A stretch of 64,000 nt of DNA, taken from NCBI GenBank assembly GCA_041659505.1, contig JBAZYF010000003.1, positions 150,026-214,025 on the forward strand, read 5' to 3'. Under the pieces are notes generated by a model, which saw only the letters and a list, made by a program, of their open reading frames with translations, made no database searches and was not told where the DNA came from. The position numbers and the translations under genes are program-made. Below, one piece after another: positions 39,466-49,697 of the stretch. Position 1 is the first letter of the stretch, and each line of letters starts with the position of its first letter. The stretch comes from Parcubacteria group bacterium (GTDB lineage: Bacteria > Patescibacteriota > Minisyncoccia > Moranbacterales > UBA2206).

Positions 39466-41283
39466 CTAAAAACTGGAACATTCTACTCTTGCGCCAATTA
39501 TCTCATCTTCCGGAGAGCCAAGCTTCAACGCCTGGAAAAAATATCGTTCAGATCGAGAAAAATCACCTTGACTGCAATAAAGTCGGCCGAGGTTTTTAAA
39601 AATAGTCTGGCTATCCGGCGAAATCTCTGCTGCTTGCAATAAATTTTTTTTTGCTTCGAAAAAATCATGCTTGGCATAGTAGGCTAGGCCTAGATTATTA
39701 AGTGTTTCCGCCGAATGACTATTCTCTGACAGTGCTAACTTATAATGCCTGATCGCATTATCCAGATCACCTCGATTGAAATAGGCCTTTCCAATGTTGC
39801 GCTCGTAGTTATGCGCCAGGAAACAATTAGCATAATCATCTATTTTATAATCAGAATAAAGCCGACAGGCAATTTCAAAATGTGCCTTGTACTGGTCCAC
39901 GCTGCCTTGATCACCATAGGTTCCAGCTAGATTAAGCCGGGCTAAGGGCGAGTCGCCGTTTTTGGCAACCGCATCAGAAAACAAACTAAGATTATCTTTC
40001 CATTGGCGGTTTCTTTGCGTGACTGTCAGATAAAAACTTCCGCCTAGAATCATTAGCATGCCAAACAATATCATTTTCTTCAACTGATCTTTTTTCGCAT
40101 ATTCGAATAACTTCATGATCATAAAAGCTACCAAAAGAGAAAAGCCCACTGAGGGCAAATAGAGATAACGTTCATCTAGGACACAGTCAGGCAGGCTGAC
40201 ATAATTAAGCGCCGGAAAAAGAGGAATTGCAAATAGAGCAAAGCAAACCAGGAACAGTCTGCGCGTTTCACAAGAAACAATAGAAAACATTTTGCGGCCA
40301 AGACCATCAAACCAGGCAAACATTACCAACCAAAAAAAGATAAACGCAAGATAAAACAGAAAAAAATCTTGAATATGATAGATGTGATCGATGCTTAGCC
40401 TGTAGGGGTAGATTATTTCACCGATATTTTTAAAAAAAAGTTCAACGCTCCAAGCAAAGACCGGGAGAATATAGATGAAATTCAGGCCAATATTTTGGAC
40501 AGCAGTGCCGATAATCATTTTTCGGATAGTCAGATAAGCAACGATAATGGCGATGTAGAGATAATTTCTGGCGATCCATCTCCGAATCCTTTTTAAGCTT
40601 TTATAGTGAGCATCAATACCCATGATAAAATCATACGCTAGAAGCATCGCTGGTAGCATGATTGCCGTTTCCTTGCAAAGCAAAGCAATAGAAAATAATA
40701 ATAGCGAGACAAAATGATATTTTCTTTCAGTATTCGCTTTGATATAAAAATAAAAAGCCAAGAGATAAAGAGGGGTAAAAGTGAGCTCTGGAACAGCAGA
40801 AATCCAATTGACAACCTCACTGTTTATCGGGTAGATGGCAAAAATGAGAGCGGCGATAAAGGCAATTTTGTCCGTCTTTCGCTTTTCCCTCTCATTATCT
40901 TTGAAAATTTCTCTCAGTAGCAGACGCAAAAATGCAAAAACCATCACTGCTACAATTGCGTGAAGACAGACATTAACAACATGATAGCCGGAAGGATCCA
41001 AGTGGAAAAAATGATACTCGACAGAAAAAATCAGATGCATGATTGGACGATAATAGGCACCGAAGTTATTACCAAATTCCCGGAAACTCCACACACCGGA
41101 AGAGAATATTTTGGGTACATTCTGGAAACTCCTAATCCAGGAATTGGTAACGATCTGCTCTTTGTCATCATAGACAAAGCCATTGCTAAAAGTATTCTGG
41201 TAAAAAATAAAGCATGACGCTATGAGAAAAAATATCCCGAGAACCAACCGGTATTTTTCAAATTTAAATTCATTCTTCAACAT
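39466..41283 (-). CDS. TMTC-like GT-C glycosyltransferase with C-terminal TPRs
   Basis: FVYDD, YYRP, YHVVNVCLH, EVVNWIS, LCKETA, ERYLYLPS, TPR repeats (NNLG..Y). Confidence 0.88.
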   Translation of the reverse strand: MLKNEFKFEKYRLVLGIFFLIASCFIFYQNTFSNGFVYDDKEQIVTNSWIRSFQNVPKIFSSGVWSFREFGNNFGAYYRPIMHLIFSVEYHFFHLDPSGYHVVNVCLHAIVAVMVFAFLRLLLREIFKDNEREKRKTDKIAFIAALIFAIYPINSEVVNWISAVPELTFTPLYLLAFYFYIKANTERKYHFVSLLLFSIALLCKETAIMLPAMLLAYDFIMGIDAHYKSLKRIRRWIARNYLYIAIIVAYLTIRKMIIGTAVQNIGLNFIYILPVFAWSVELFFKNIGEIIYPYRLSIDHIYHIQDFFLFYLAFIFFWLVMFAWFDGLGRKMFSIVSCETRRLFLVCFALFAIPLFPALNYVSLPDCVLDERYLYLPSVGFSLLVAFMIMKLFEYAKKDQLKKMILFGMLMILGGSFYLTVTQRNRQWKDNLSLFSDAVAKNGDSPLARLNLAGTYGDQGSVDQYKAHFEIACRLYSDYKIDDYANCFLAHNYERNIGKAYFNRGDLDNAIRHYKLALSENSHSAETLNNLGLAYYAKHDFFEAKKNLLQAAEISPDSQTIFKNLGRLYCSQGDFSRSERYFFQALKLGSPEDEIIGARVECSSF

Positions 41284-41438
41284 GCCAAATTTTTTTACTT
41301 AAGTATTGTTTTTTTCAACAGTATTATTTTATCATGAAATACGCTAAGCGCATATTGAAATTAAAAAATCCCCCAACCAATTACTTGGCCGGGGGGTGCA
41401 AGTCGCAGGGACCCACTTCCGATCATCAGTACCAAAGT

Positions 41439-41738
41439 TCATTGAGGCCGATAGTATCTTGGCCCGGCGAAGGACAGTATTTCCATAAGCAGATAGCCGG
41501 CCAAAGCATAGACAATCAGAGCGACCAGTGTGGTGATGTCAATGACGAATCCTCCGATATTTAGGTTTGGCAGAATCCTAGCAAACGGTGCCACAAGGGA
41601 AGCCGTTGAGCCATAGAGCCATGCTACGAACGGGGTACTTGAGTTGACCGCGAAGAACTTGAAAATAAATCTCAACGATAAGAGAAATTCAATCACACCA
41701 ACGATGATATTCACTATTGTTCTAATAAATCCCAACAT
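41439..41738 (-). CDS. YggT-family membrane protein
   Basis: LRFIFK, FVAWLY...LVAPF, LVALIVY. Confidence 0.75.
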   Translation of the reverse strand: MLGFIRTIVNIIVGVIEFLLSLRFIFKFFAVNSSTPFVAWLYGSTASLVAPFARILPNLNIGGFVIDITTLVALIVYALAGYLLMEILSFAGPRYYRPQ

Positions 41739-41863
41739 ATGTTTGTATTATTTTACTGTCAGACACAACTCCGACCGACGGATACTAACTATACGATTTA
41801 GGTGGCTTTTTGACGCAAAAAACACCCCAGAAAGGGTGTTATTGGAAAAACCGAAAACGTTGC

Positions 41864-42247
41864 CTAGGCAAAATATCCGTAATAGAGAGAGATGAGTCCG
41901 ATGATGATCACAAACCAGGGAATCGCCTTGGAATTGTCTTTTTTACCGATAATTTTCTTATAGAACGTTCCGGTCTGGACAGGAAACATCAGAAGCGCCA
42001 AACCTTTGAACAAGGCGACCCAGCCCATCAGTGTAATAAACAGCGACCAGAGACTGTTCGTCGTGACATGAAAAACAATCAAGCAATAGCCGATTGCCAG
42101 ACTGATGAGACCGCCAAAAAATGTAGCGAAGTTACTGCGCCCGAATTCACGCAGGAGATTGGTAATAAATTTCGGATTGACAAGCATGCCCATACCGATG
42201 GCAAAAAAAGTCAGTCCGAACAGTTGAAAAATTTGTATCTCGCTCAT
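41864..42247 (-). CDS. Hypothetical 4-TM membrane protein
   Basis: Hydrophobic; ITLMGWVALFKG. Confidence 0.7.
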   Translation of the reverse strand: MSEIQIFQLFGLTFFAIGMGMLVNPKFITNLLREFGRSNFATFFGGLISLAIGYCLIVFHVTTNSLWSLFITLMGWVALFKGLALLMFPVQTGTFYKKIIGKKDNSKAIPWFVIIIGLISLYYGYFA

Positions 42248-42396
42248 ATTTTTGTTTTGTTAATTATTAACTAATTTTATTATACCACAAAATTCATAAA
42301 ACAAAAACCTTTTCAAAGATAATGCACCTTTAATTAGCATTGCTATTCCAACCACATTCCTCTAAAATTAAACTATAACTTTTTTTCTGAACATTT

Positions 42397-43158
42397 ATGT
42401 CAATCGGCGCAATTCTTATTGGACTACTTACCGGATTTATTTCGGCTTTTTTTGGTATCGGTGGCAGTAGCATCGACACTCCGCTACTGCGCGTCTTTCT
42501 TCATACTCCACAGTATGTCGCGCTAGGCAGTCCTTTGCCGACGGCACTGCTCACAATCATGATTGCCCTGGCCATCTATTGGAAACAGCATCTGATCAAT
42601 TATCATATTTTGAAGTGGAGTTTAGTCGGCGGTATCCCGGGAATAATTTTTGGTTCATATTTGTCAGGAAAATTTTCCGGCCGGTCGCTCATGCTCATGA
42701 GCGCCGTGGTTTTGTTTTGCATCGGTATAAATTTTATCTACAAAAAATTTCACAGCCACGAGATCAATGCAAATATTACAGAGCATAAACCGATCAATGC
42801 GAGCTTTGTCACCGTTATCGCTTTTATCGCCAGCACAATCTCGGGCATGCTCGCCAACGGAGGCGGACTGCTGCTCATCCCGGCCTATGTCCTGATTTTC
42901 AAACTCAAAATCAAAGAAGCGATTGCCACCTCACTCATGACCGTGCTGGTGATGTTCATCCCCGCTTGCATTATCCATTATCATTTGGGTCACATTGACC
43001 TGGGAATCAGCCTCGCCATGAGTCTAGGTGTAATTCCTATGGCTTATATCGGAGCCAAAACTAACCTCAAAACTAAATCCAACACAATCCAATTGCTTTT
43101 TGGGATTATGCTCATTATTTTTTCCGTATACTTTTTTATCTCGCAACTTTGGGGATAA
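42397..43158 (+). CDS. Sulfite exporter TauE/SafE-family protein
   Basis: FFGIGG and LANGGG duplicated motifs, AIATSL; about 8 TMs. Confidence 0.88.
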   Translation: MSIGAILIGLLTGFISAFFGIGGSSIDTPLLRVFLHTPQYVALGSPLPTALLTIMIALAIYWKQHLINYHILKWSLVGGIPGIIFGSYLSGKFSGRSLMLMSAVVLFCIGINFIYKKFHSHEINANITEHKPINASFVTVIAFIASTISGMLANGGGLLLIPAYVLIFKLKIKEAIATSLMTVLVMFIPACIIHYHLGHIDLGISLAMSLGVIPMAYIGAKTNLKTKSNTIQLLFGIMLIIFSVYFFISQLWG

Positions 43159-43253
43159 AACTACCGCAGATCATCAAGAGGCATATTTATTCCGAATTTA
43201 TTTTCTTATTTCTAGATCTATTTTAGCGTGATATCAGTTTTTAAGCATTAAGA

Positions 43254-43278
43254 AAGGGGTGGACGATGTCCACCCCTT
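43254..43278 (-). terminator. Terminator at the end of the NAD operon
   Basis: AAGGGGTGGAC-GAT-GTCCACCCCTT just after the nadE stop. Confidence 0.7.
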
Positions 43279-43285
43279 AAGGGTA

Positions 43286-45226
43286 TCAAATTTCAATACT
43301 TTTCGCACTGTCGATCCACAGTTTTCCTGTGGCATCGGATGGTGCGCGCCAGTCACCGCGAGGAGAAACAGAGACAGAACCGATCTTGGTCCCATCCGGC
43401 ACTGCGTTGCGCTTGAACTGGGCCGCGAACATCCGCTGGTAGAATTTCACCAACTGATCTTTGATATACTCCACGTCATAGACCCCGGCAAATGCCTGAC
43501 GAGCCAGAAAATTGATTTTTTCCGGTTCGAAGCCGTTACGCAATGAGTGAAACATGAAGAAATCATTCAGATCATATTCCCCGATCAATGCTTCGGTCTG
43601 CTGTCCCGGCAATAATTCCGGTGAAATTGGTGTCGCACAGATATCCTTGATAATCTTGGACGCAATATCGCTGAACATTTCCAGCTTGACGACTTGCTCA
43701 ACCACGAATTTCACCAAAGTCTTGGGAACACCGCAGTTCGGATTATACATCGACATATGGTCGCCGTTATAGGTGCACCAGCCGAGAACTAACTCGGACA
43801 AATCCCCTGTCCCGATCACGAAACCAAGAGACATCAGGATCAATGTACGGATCCTTGCCTGAGAATTCTCACAAGTGAGACAGTTCATACAAGGTTCGTG
43901 TTCAATATCACGGAGCAATTGTAAGGTCAGTTTTTTGATCGGAATTTTCTTGAGCGTGACACCGAACTCCTTGCAAAGCTTGATAGCGTTATTCAGTGTA
44001 CGCTTGCTCGTCCCAAAACCCGGCATCGTCACTGCGATGATGCCGCTACGCGGCCAGCCAATCATATCGAACGCCCTAACTGTGGCAATGAGCGCAAGAG
44101 TCGAATCGAGGCCACCGGAAATTCCGATGACAACCTGGCGATTCAGGACTGACTCCAACGAAGAAAATCTTTTCACCAGACTGGCGATTTGGAGCTGCAA
44201 AATATTCTTGCAACGTTCATCCAACGTCGCCGGATCTTTCGGCACAAACGGATTCGCGTCAAAAACAAACATAGCACTGAGCTTATTCAGATCGAGCGGA
44301 GCAATTTCAGCCCTCACCTGCCGATAAGTCTTGCCATAGACGCTTGTTTCATTGGCAATGGCCTGAGAAAAACTCCCGGACACGCGCCGCTCCCGATTGA
44401 GTCTTTGCACATCAATATCATAGGCAAGCAAGCGCTCATTAAAGAACAGCTCTTGTTTTTCTGCAACGATCGAACCATTGTCAGCGATCAACATATGACC
44501 GCTCCAAACGACATCCGACGTCGATTCTCCTGCGCCACACGACACATAGACATAGGCACACAAACAACGCCCGGATTGATTCTTGACCAGTTCTCGGCGA
44601 TAATCGGACTTGCCAATCAATTCGTTAGACGCAGAGAGATTAAGGATTACCGTCGCCCCCTGGGCTGCCAGATGGGAACTCGGCGGGATCGGCATCCACA
44701 AGTCTTCGCAGATCTCGACACCAAAAGAGAAATCCGGAATAGTTGTCAGAACGACAATATCTGTTCCGATGCTGACTTTCTGCAGACAAAATTCAATCTC
44801 TTTTATGGGAAGCCGGTCGGCCGGAGAAAAATGCCGCAGTTCATAGAATTCCTTGTAATTGGGAATATACGATTTGGGAATGATCGCCAGCACTTTTCCC
44901 GACTGACAGACGACAGCCACATTGAACAGTTGGCCGCCAACCTTGAGCGGTATGCCGAACACGGAAATAAGATCATACTTCTCCGTCGCTTGGACATACC
45001 GCATCGCTTCTACTTCAGCTTCATTCAGTAGTGTGTCCTGCAAAAAAAGATCGCCACAGCTATAGCCTGTCATTCCCAACTCTGGGAAGACAAGCAGCTG
45101 CACATTTCTGCTTATTGCCTGACCTGCCAACCTGATCATATTTTGCACGTTCTTTTTCGGATCAGCAATCTCCACGAGCGGCTTGGCTGCCGCCACGCGG
45201 ACATAACCATAATCATTTTTTTTCAT
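43286..45226 (-). CDS. nadE: Glutamine-dependent NAD+ synthetase
   Basis: Nitrilase domain FPELGMTGY, PNYKEFYE, EICEDLW; synthetase SGGLDST, ENSQAR, GTGDLSE, SPRGDWR. Confidence 0.97.
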   Translation of the reverse strand: MKKNDYGYVRVAAAKPLVEIADPKKNVQNMIRLAGQAISRNVQLLVFPELGMTGYSCGDLFLQDTLLNEAEVEAMRYVQATEKYDLISVFGIPLKVGGQLFNVAVVCQSGKVLAIIPKSYIPNYKEFYELRHFSPADRLPIKEIEFCLQKVSIGTDIVVLTTIPDFSFGVEICEDLWMPIPPSSHLAAQGATVILNLSASNELIGKSDYRRELVKNQSGRCLCAYVYVSCGAGESTSDVVWSGHMLIADNGSIVAEKQELFFNERLLAYDIDVQRLNRERRVSGSFSQAIANETSVYGKTYRQVRAEIAPLDLNKLSAMFVFDANPFVPKDPATLDERCKNILQLQIASLVKRFSSLESVLNRQVVIGISGGLDSTLALIATVRAFDMIGWPRSGIIAVTMPGFGTSKRTLNNAIKLCKEFGVTLKKIPIKKLTLQLLRDIEHEPCMNCLTCENSQARIRTLILMSLGFVIGTGDLSELVLGWCTYNGDHMSMYNPNCGVPKTLVKFVVEQVVKLEMFSDIASKIIKDICATPISPELLPGQQTEALIGEYDLNDFFMFHSLRNGFEPEKINFLARQAFAGVYDVEYIKDQLVKFYQRMFAAQFKRNAVPDGTKIGSVSVSPRGDWRAPSDATGKLWIDSAKSIEI

Positions 45227-45252
45227 TGGTTACTACCTCCTTCATGAGATAT

Positions 45253-46155
45253 TTACAGTAATTTCGCAATGAGCGGTGAAAGCGATAAAACTTCAAAATA
45301 CGGCTCTGATTCAACTTTCGCCACCGTATCAGGACAAGAATCGGTCAACCAAACAAAATCAAACAAATCGGGCGTAAACTTTTTCCATGAATCGTGAACA
45401 AACACGCCATGCGTCGCATATGCACTGATCTTGTAGGCACCTGCCAGCATTAGGACTTTCTGGCATTCGATCAGTGTACCACCAGAAAGGATAAGATCAT
45501 CGACCATGATGATATATTTGCCTCGCGGATCACCTTCTTTGATAGTCACAACTTTTGTTCCGTCCGGCATTTTCACCTTATTACAAACAATCTTAGGATA
45601 TTCAGGAAACATCGCACCGAATCTCTTATGCGCTCCATCATCAGGAAACGCGATTGCCACATTCGGGATATATTTGATGCGCCCTTTGAGCAACGGAATT
45701 GCACTGACCAACTCAGGCAATACTCGCGTGTCATCAAAATAAAACTGGGTCTGCAGGGCATGGATATCGAAAATTGTGATGATCGGCGACCTTGGTATGG
45801 TGGATAACATCCGTGCCAAAGTTTTTGCCGTCGCAATTTCCCCATACTCTGTCACTCGTTCCATCGTGCCGACAGGATAGAAAGGCACGATGACTCTAAA
45901 CGAATGCACCAGATGCATCGGCATCGCATAGAGAATCGCGAATTGCTCGAACAACGATTCGGGCTTTTCAAAGTTTGCAAAGAAAATAACGTCTTGGTTT
46001 CTCACCTGATCCGCATCCTCGATGAATATTTTCGGCCAACCATCGCCAAAACTCTGCCAAGATATCCCACCTATTGCTACACCAACCATCTCAGCAACTT
46101 TCTCCGCCATTTCCGTAATCGTATGATGGGCAAAAATAATTTTTCTAGTCGCCAT
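45253..46155 (-). CDS. prs: Ribose-phosphate pyrophosphokinase, class II-like
   Basis: FGDGWP, PFYPVGTMER, DIHALQTQFYF, FPDDGAHKRF, VDDLILSGGTL, THGVF. Confidence 0.9.
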   Translation of the reverse strand: MATRKIIFAHHTITEMAEKVAEMVGVAIGGISWQSFGDGWPKIFIEDADQVRNQDVIFFANFEKPESLFEQFAILYAMPMHLVHSFRVIVPFYPVGTMERVTEYGEIATAKTLARMLSTIPRSPIITIFDIHALQTQFYFDDTRVLPELVSAIPLLKGRIKYIPNVAIAFPDDGAHKRFGAMFPEYPKIVCNKVKMPDGTKVVTIKEGDPRGKYIIMVDDLILSGGTLIECQKVLMLAGAYKISAYATHGVFVHDSWKKFTPDLFDFVWLTDSCPDTVAKVESEPYFEVLSLSPLIAKLL

Positions 46156-46172
46156 ATTTCTTCCTCCTTAAT

Positions 46173-46988
46173 TCAGCGCGAAAGACCTTTCTTGGTCTGC
46201 AAGGCTCGATAAAATTCATTACTATCAGTGACTGCGAAAAGCAGCCGGGTTTCATGCTGTTTGACGATGATTTTTTCTCCCACTGTCATATTGCCGATAA
46301 TCTTTCCATCAGCGACTAAGTTGACCACGCCAGAAGGCTTGGTACCGACCAATTCCATCGTGATGATAGAATCGGGCGTCATGACCAGCGGCTTGACATT
46401 GAACTGATCGGAATACATCGGTGTCGCAAAAAGACATTCGATGCCCGGCAAAGCGATAGTTCCACCAGCGCTTACATTATACCCGGTCGAACCGGTCGGC
46501 GCGGCAATAATGAAACCATCAGCCGTCATCGCCCGATAGACCACGTGTCGATTGACCGACAATTTCATGGTCGCCATTGATGCGGTATGTTTCAACACGA
46601 CATCGTTAGCAAACGGACCATATTTGGTGCCTTTATATTCCAGCTCCAATCCGATCCGCTTTTCCGCGATATACTTTCCCTTGATGATTTTTCCCAAAAT
46701 AGTATCCCAGTTTTTCATATTGCCAATGGTCACAAATCCGACACCGCCGTCAATATTGATCGGAATCGTAATGACTCCGTAGATCGAATATTCCGTCACG
46801 GTCCGAATGGCCGTCCCATCACCGCCAAGGGCGATGACATAACGAGCCAGCATCTTGAGCGGATCGCTTTCAGCAATCACGATTTGACCCTCGGCAAGCA
46901 GCCACTCGGTCATTTCTTCCTTCACTCGCATCGCCAGCGACTTTCCCTTGTTCGCGACAACCACAAAACCTTCTCTTTTTTGCGTCAT
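46173..46988 (-). CDS. nadK: NAD kinase
   Basis: LGGDGT, ND, ADGFIIAAPTGSTGYNVSAGG. Confidence 0.93.
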   Translation of the reverse strand: MTQKREGFVVVANKGKSLAMRVKEEMTEWLLAEGQIVIAESDPLKMLARYVIALGGDGTAIRTVTEYSIYGVITIPINIDGGVGFVTIGNMKNWDTILGKIIKGKYIAEKRIGLELEYKGTKYGPFANDVVLKHTASMATMKLSVNRHVVYRAMTADGFIIAAPTGSTGYNVSAGGTIALPGIECLFATPMYSDQFNVKPLVMTPDSIITMELVGTKPSGVVNLVADGKIIGNMTVGEKIIVKQHETRLLFAVTDSNEFYRALQTKKGLSR

Positions 46989-47131
46989 AACAATCACCTC
47001 TCTTTCGCTAATTTATATATTCACTTTTTAAAGAAATGTTTCTACACTTTTGTCGAGCTTCCCAAAAAAATTTTGAGCTTCTCGATTAAAGTGTGATGGA
47101 AAAGAAATTGTTCTTCCTCTCCATCACGCGA

Positions 47132-48076
47132 TTACTGAATAATAAAATTCCTTTTGACATACGCCATTGCGTCATCAATAAATTTACGATGATGCTTAAG
47201 CCCCAATTCGAGCACGGGAATATCTCCATACGGAACTGCGATAACTTCCCTCGCATCATCCGATGCCTTGAATAATGCGGCTGCAGACACGGCATCCAAA
47301 TCGGAGTCAATATTGACAACGGTTGCATAGGCAAAGGTCCAATAGACCCGCTTAATCTGGAGTTTATTGCAGTTCGTTTCTGCGATCCGCTCCTTTTTTT
47401 CTGTGACATATATACCGAGATATTTGAGTGCGGCACTGACTTTCTTATTATCAATATCAACTGAGATAAGAAGGCCGTCAACATTGGGATCATCCAGGCT
47501 TCTGGATTGAGATACTCTTGCAGACATTCCTACAGAAATTTCTTCAGATCCCTCGCGCAGCGCACATCTGGCTCCAGTTTCGATGTCATAGACTCCGACA
47601 TTCAGGAATCCTCCCGGAGCGGCAATCGTGCCAACACCAGGTTCATTTTTCCGCCGGATCAGGATGAGAAAAACTTTGTCATTGCGATCCCGGACGAAAA
47701 GCACCAGATCGGAAGCCAGTCCCGGCTTGATATACGCGCGCCACATCATGGAATCCACGGTATAGATATAGCTATGCGAAACGGGCACACGATGCCGACT
47801 GATCTGGATCACATCGCCGAAACAGCCATAATCATCGCGCTGACAATAAAATTGCTGCGCAAGCTGTCTGACATTTTCCCGATCCCATTCGTCATCCATA
47901 TGCATCGTTGCCTGATATTCCGCCGCCTGGATTTCCCCCATATTCACCGGCACAAATTCAAAGATTGGTGTTGTGCTCTTGCCCTGACGACTTGCATCCA
48001 GCGGATTGTCATAGACACCAACAATCTCACCTTTCATTCCGACAACATAATATCGCTTGGTTTCAATAATGGACAT
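47132..48076 (-). CDS. Nudix hydrolase (ADP-ribose pyrophosphatase-like) with unknown N-terminal extension
   Basis: LILIRRK..PG.GTIAAPGGF...ALREGSEE; ASDDA...LGLKHH. Confidence 0.85.
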   Translation of the reverse strand: MSIIETKRYYVVGMKGEIVGVYDNPLDASRQGKSTTPIFEFVPVNMGEIQAAEYQATMHMDDEWDRENVRQLAQQFYCQRDDYGCFGDVIQISRHRVPVSHSYIYTVDSMMWRAYIKPGLASDLVLFVRDRNDKVFLILIRRKNEPGVGTIAAPGGFLNVGVYDIETGARCALREGSEEISVGMSARVSQSRSLDDPNVDGLLISVDIDNKKVSAALKYLGIYVTEKKERIAETNCNKLQIKRVYWTFAYATVVNIDSDLDAVSAAALFKASDDAREVIAVPYGDIPVLELGLKHHRKFIDDAMAYVKRNFIIQ

Positions 48077-48244
48077 ATCTATTCCCTTTCTCATTAGAGT
48101 TTCGTATGGTTAAAGAACAACGCTCGGTTGAATCACGAATAATAGAAATTATTCGTGATTCAATTAAGCGCAGGAGGGAAGAAGTTTCTTCTTCGCCTCC
48201 TGCTTTTGGATTATTTCAATTCATCTTATCGTGCCAGGCGCTTT

Positions 48245-49414
48245 CTATGCCCGCTCATATGCGAGTTTAAGTTCATCGCCATTTCCATGTTTCCGACCAA
48301 CCTTCGTCCGATAGACCCATTCGCCATTTTCCTTCACATGGGAAATATCGGAAGTGAACATTGCAAAACGGATCCAGGATCCGGTTCCGATAAAATCCAT
48401 CGGGGCATTAACCTTTTTGAAGGCAGCAACTTTCTTTTTGTTGAAGCCGGAACTAACAACGATTTTCACATTGTTGGCACCGATGCTGTCAAGATAGTCC
48501 CTAATGACAAAAGTTGCTTCTGCCGTAACGCCGTTTCCGAAGAAATATTTTTCAGATGTACCGATTTCCATGCCGTACTTATTTTCAAAGACGCGCATGG
48601 TGCTATTCAGAATCAGCCCTGTTTTTTTCCGGAAATAGCTTTCCAGCATATGAAAATCAGTCGGATCATGCGTTCCCTGTAGCTGTCTTCCGCCGTGCGT
48701 GTCAAGGCGGACCGCAAACAGCTTGTCGCCGAAAACCTCAAACGCCTGTTTGGCCACATCAAGCTCGCGACCTTCGAAATCAACAAGCACCGTGATGGGT
48801 TTGTTCGGATATGTCTCATGAAACAGCATGGCTGCCGCTACACTGGGAAAGATGTTTTCTTCTTCGGCCATATGGGAAACGACTGCAGCCATAGCATGCG
48901 GAAGAGAAGCATAAAGTCTGAAGGCATCTCCCGGGTTATAGAATCTTTGCACGTAGTTGTATCCGGCCTGAGTCGATGTACCGGCTGCGCCGCCGAGATA
49001 AGCTGCCAGCGCCGCTTCCTCAATGATATTCCACGGAAAATGCCGTGCTGACATATCAACGACCGGAATGGCTCCGGCCACATCGACAATTTCTTTCATC
49101 GCCGTCGCCGCTCCGCTGTAACTGAGAAATCCCAGATAAGTGGTTTCCAGATTAACCAGCTCCATAAACAGACCCTCAATGATCAAAACGGGATCACCCG
49201 ATTTGAAAGCTTCACCATCTTTGAGCGCCATGATTCTCAGCGGCCCAAAAGTATTTTCGGAAATGAAAGCCACGGCCCGGTTACTGCCGGCAACAATGCC
49301 ATCTTCCCGTGCAAACACCTTGTAGCGGACCACTGTGGCAATCAAGTTGGGATTCCGAAGAACGATATCCCGGCAATTGTTGAAATACTGATCTGCGATT
49401 TTGACTGTTTCCAT
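48245..49414 (-). CDS. pncB: Nicotinate phosphoribosyltransferase (short NadC-like type)
   Basis: ADQYF, LETTYLG, SARH, PHA, LVDF, VRLDTHG, VSSGF, IGTGS. Confidence 0.85.
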   Translation of the reverse strand: METVKIADQYFNNCRDIVLRNPNLIATVVRYKVFAREDGIVAGSNRAVAFISENTFGPLRIMALKDGEAFKSGDPVLIIEGLFMELVNLETTYLGFLSYSGAATAMKEIVDVAGAIPVVDMSARHFPWNIIEEAALAAYLGGAAGTSTQAGYNYVQRFYNPGDAFRLYASLPHAMAAVVSHMAEEENIFPSVAAAMLFHETYPNKPITVLVDFEGRELDVAKQAFEVFGDKLFAVRLDTHGGRQLQGTHDPTDFHMLESYFRKKTGLILNSTMRVFENKYGMEIGTSEKYFFGNGVTAEATFVIRDYLDSIGANNVKIVVSSGFNKKKVAAFKKVNAPMDFIGTGSWIRFAMFTSDISHVKENGEWVYRTKVGRKHGNGDELKLAYERA

Positions 49415-49697
49415 CGATTCTCTCCTTTGCATTTGGCTGAATGATATTTCAAAATAAATATTTGGCAGAATTTCTCTGCAAACACAAAAACTTCCACATT
49501 ATTGATTTCAACATCCGGCTGAAAAATATTTTTCGACAATCTCCTTTCGTTCGATTGATGAATTGAGTTTTAAGGTACTCTTCCGCCTCAACCGAAGTTG
49601 AAGCGAGAAAACTGGAACCAAATATCTTTCGTTACAATTTTCTGGGCGGGGAGAAAACGAAATTGCTTTCTCCCCGCACTGTTCTTGTTTGAAAAAA

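Noticed and set aside
45253-49414. Direct identity with phage NARP1/NARP2
   Set aside because: The locus has PncA, a nicotinate-type PRTase and NadE (the deamidating route) and no phage genes; treated as an analogy only.
49342-49539. 65-aa minus-strand ORF after an AAGGAG site upstream of pncB
   Set aside because: TTG start too close to the SD, out-of-frame overlap with pncB, and no motifs.
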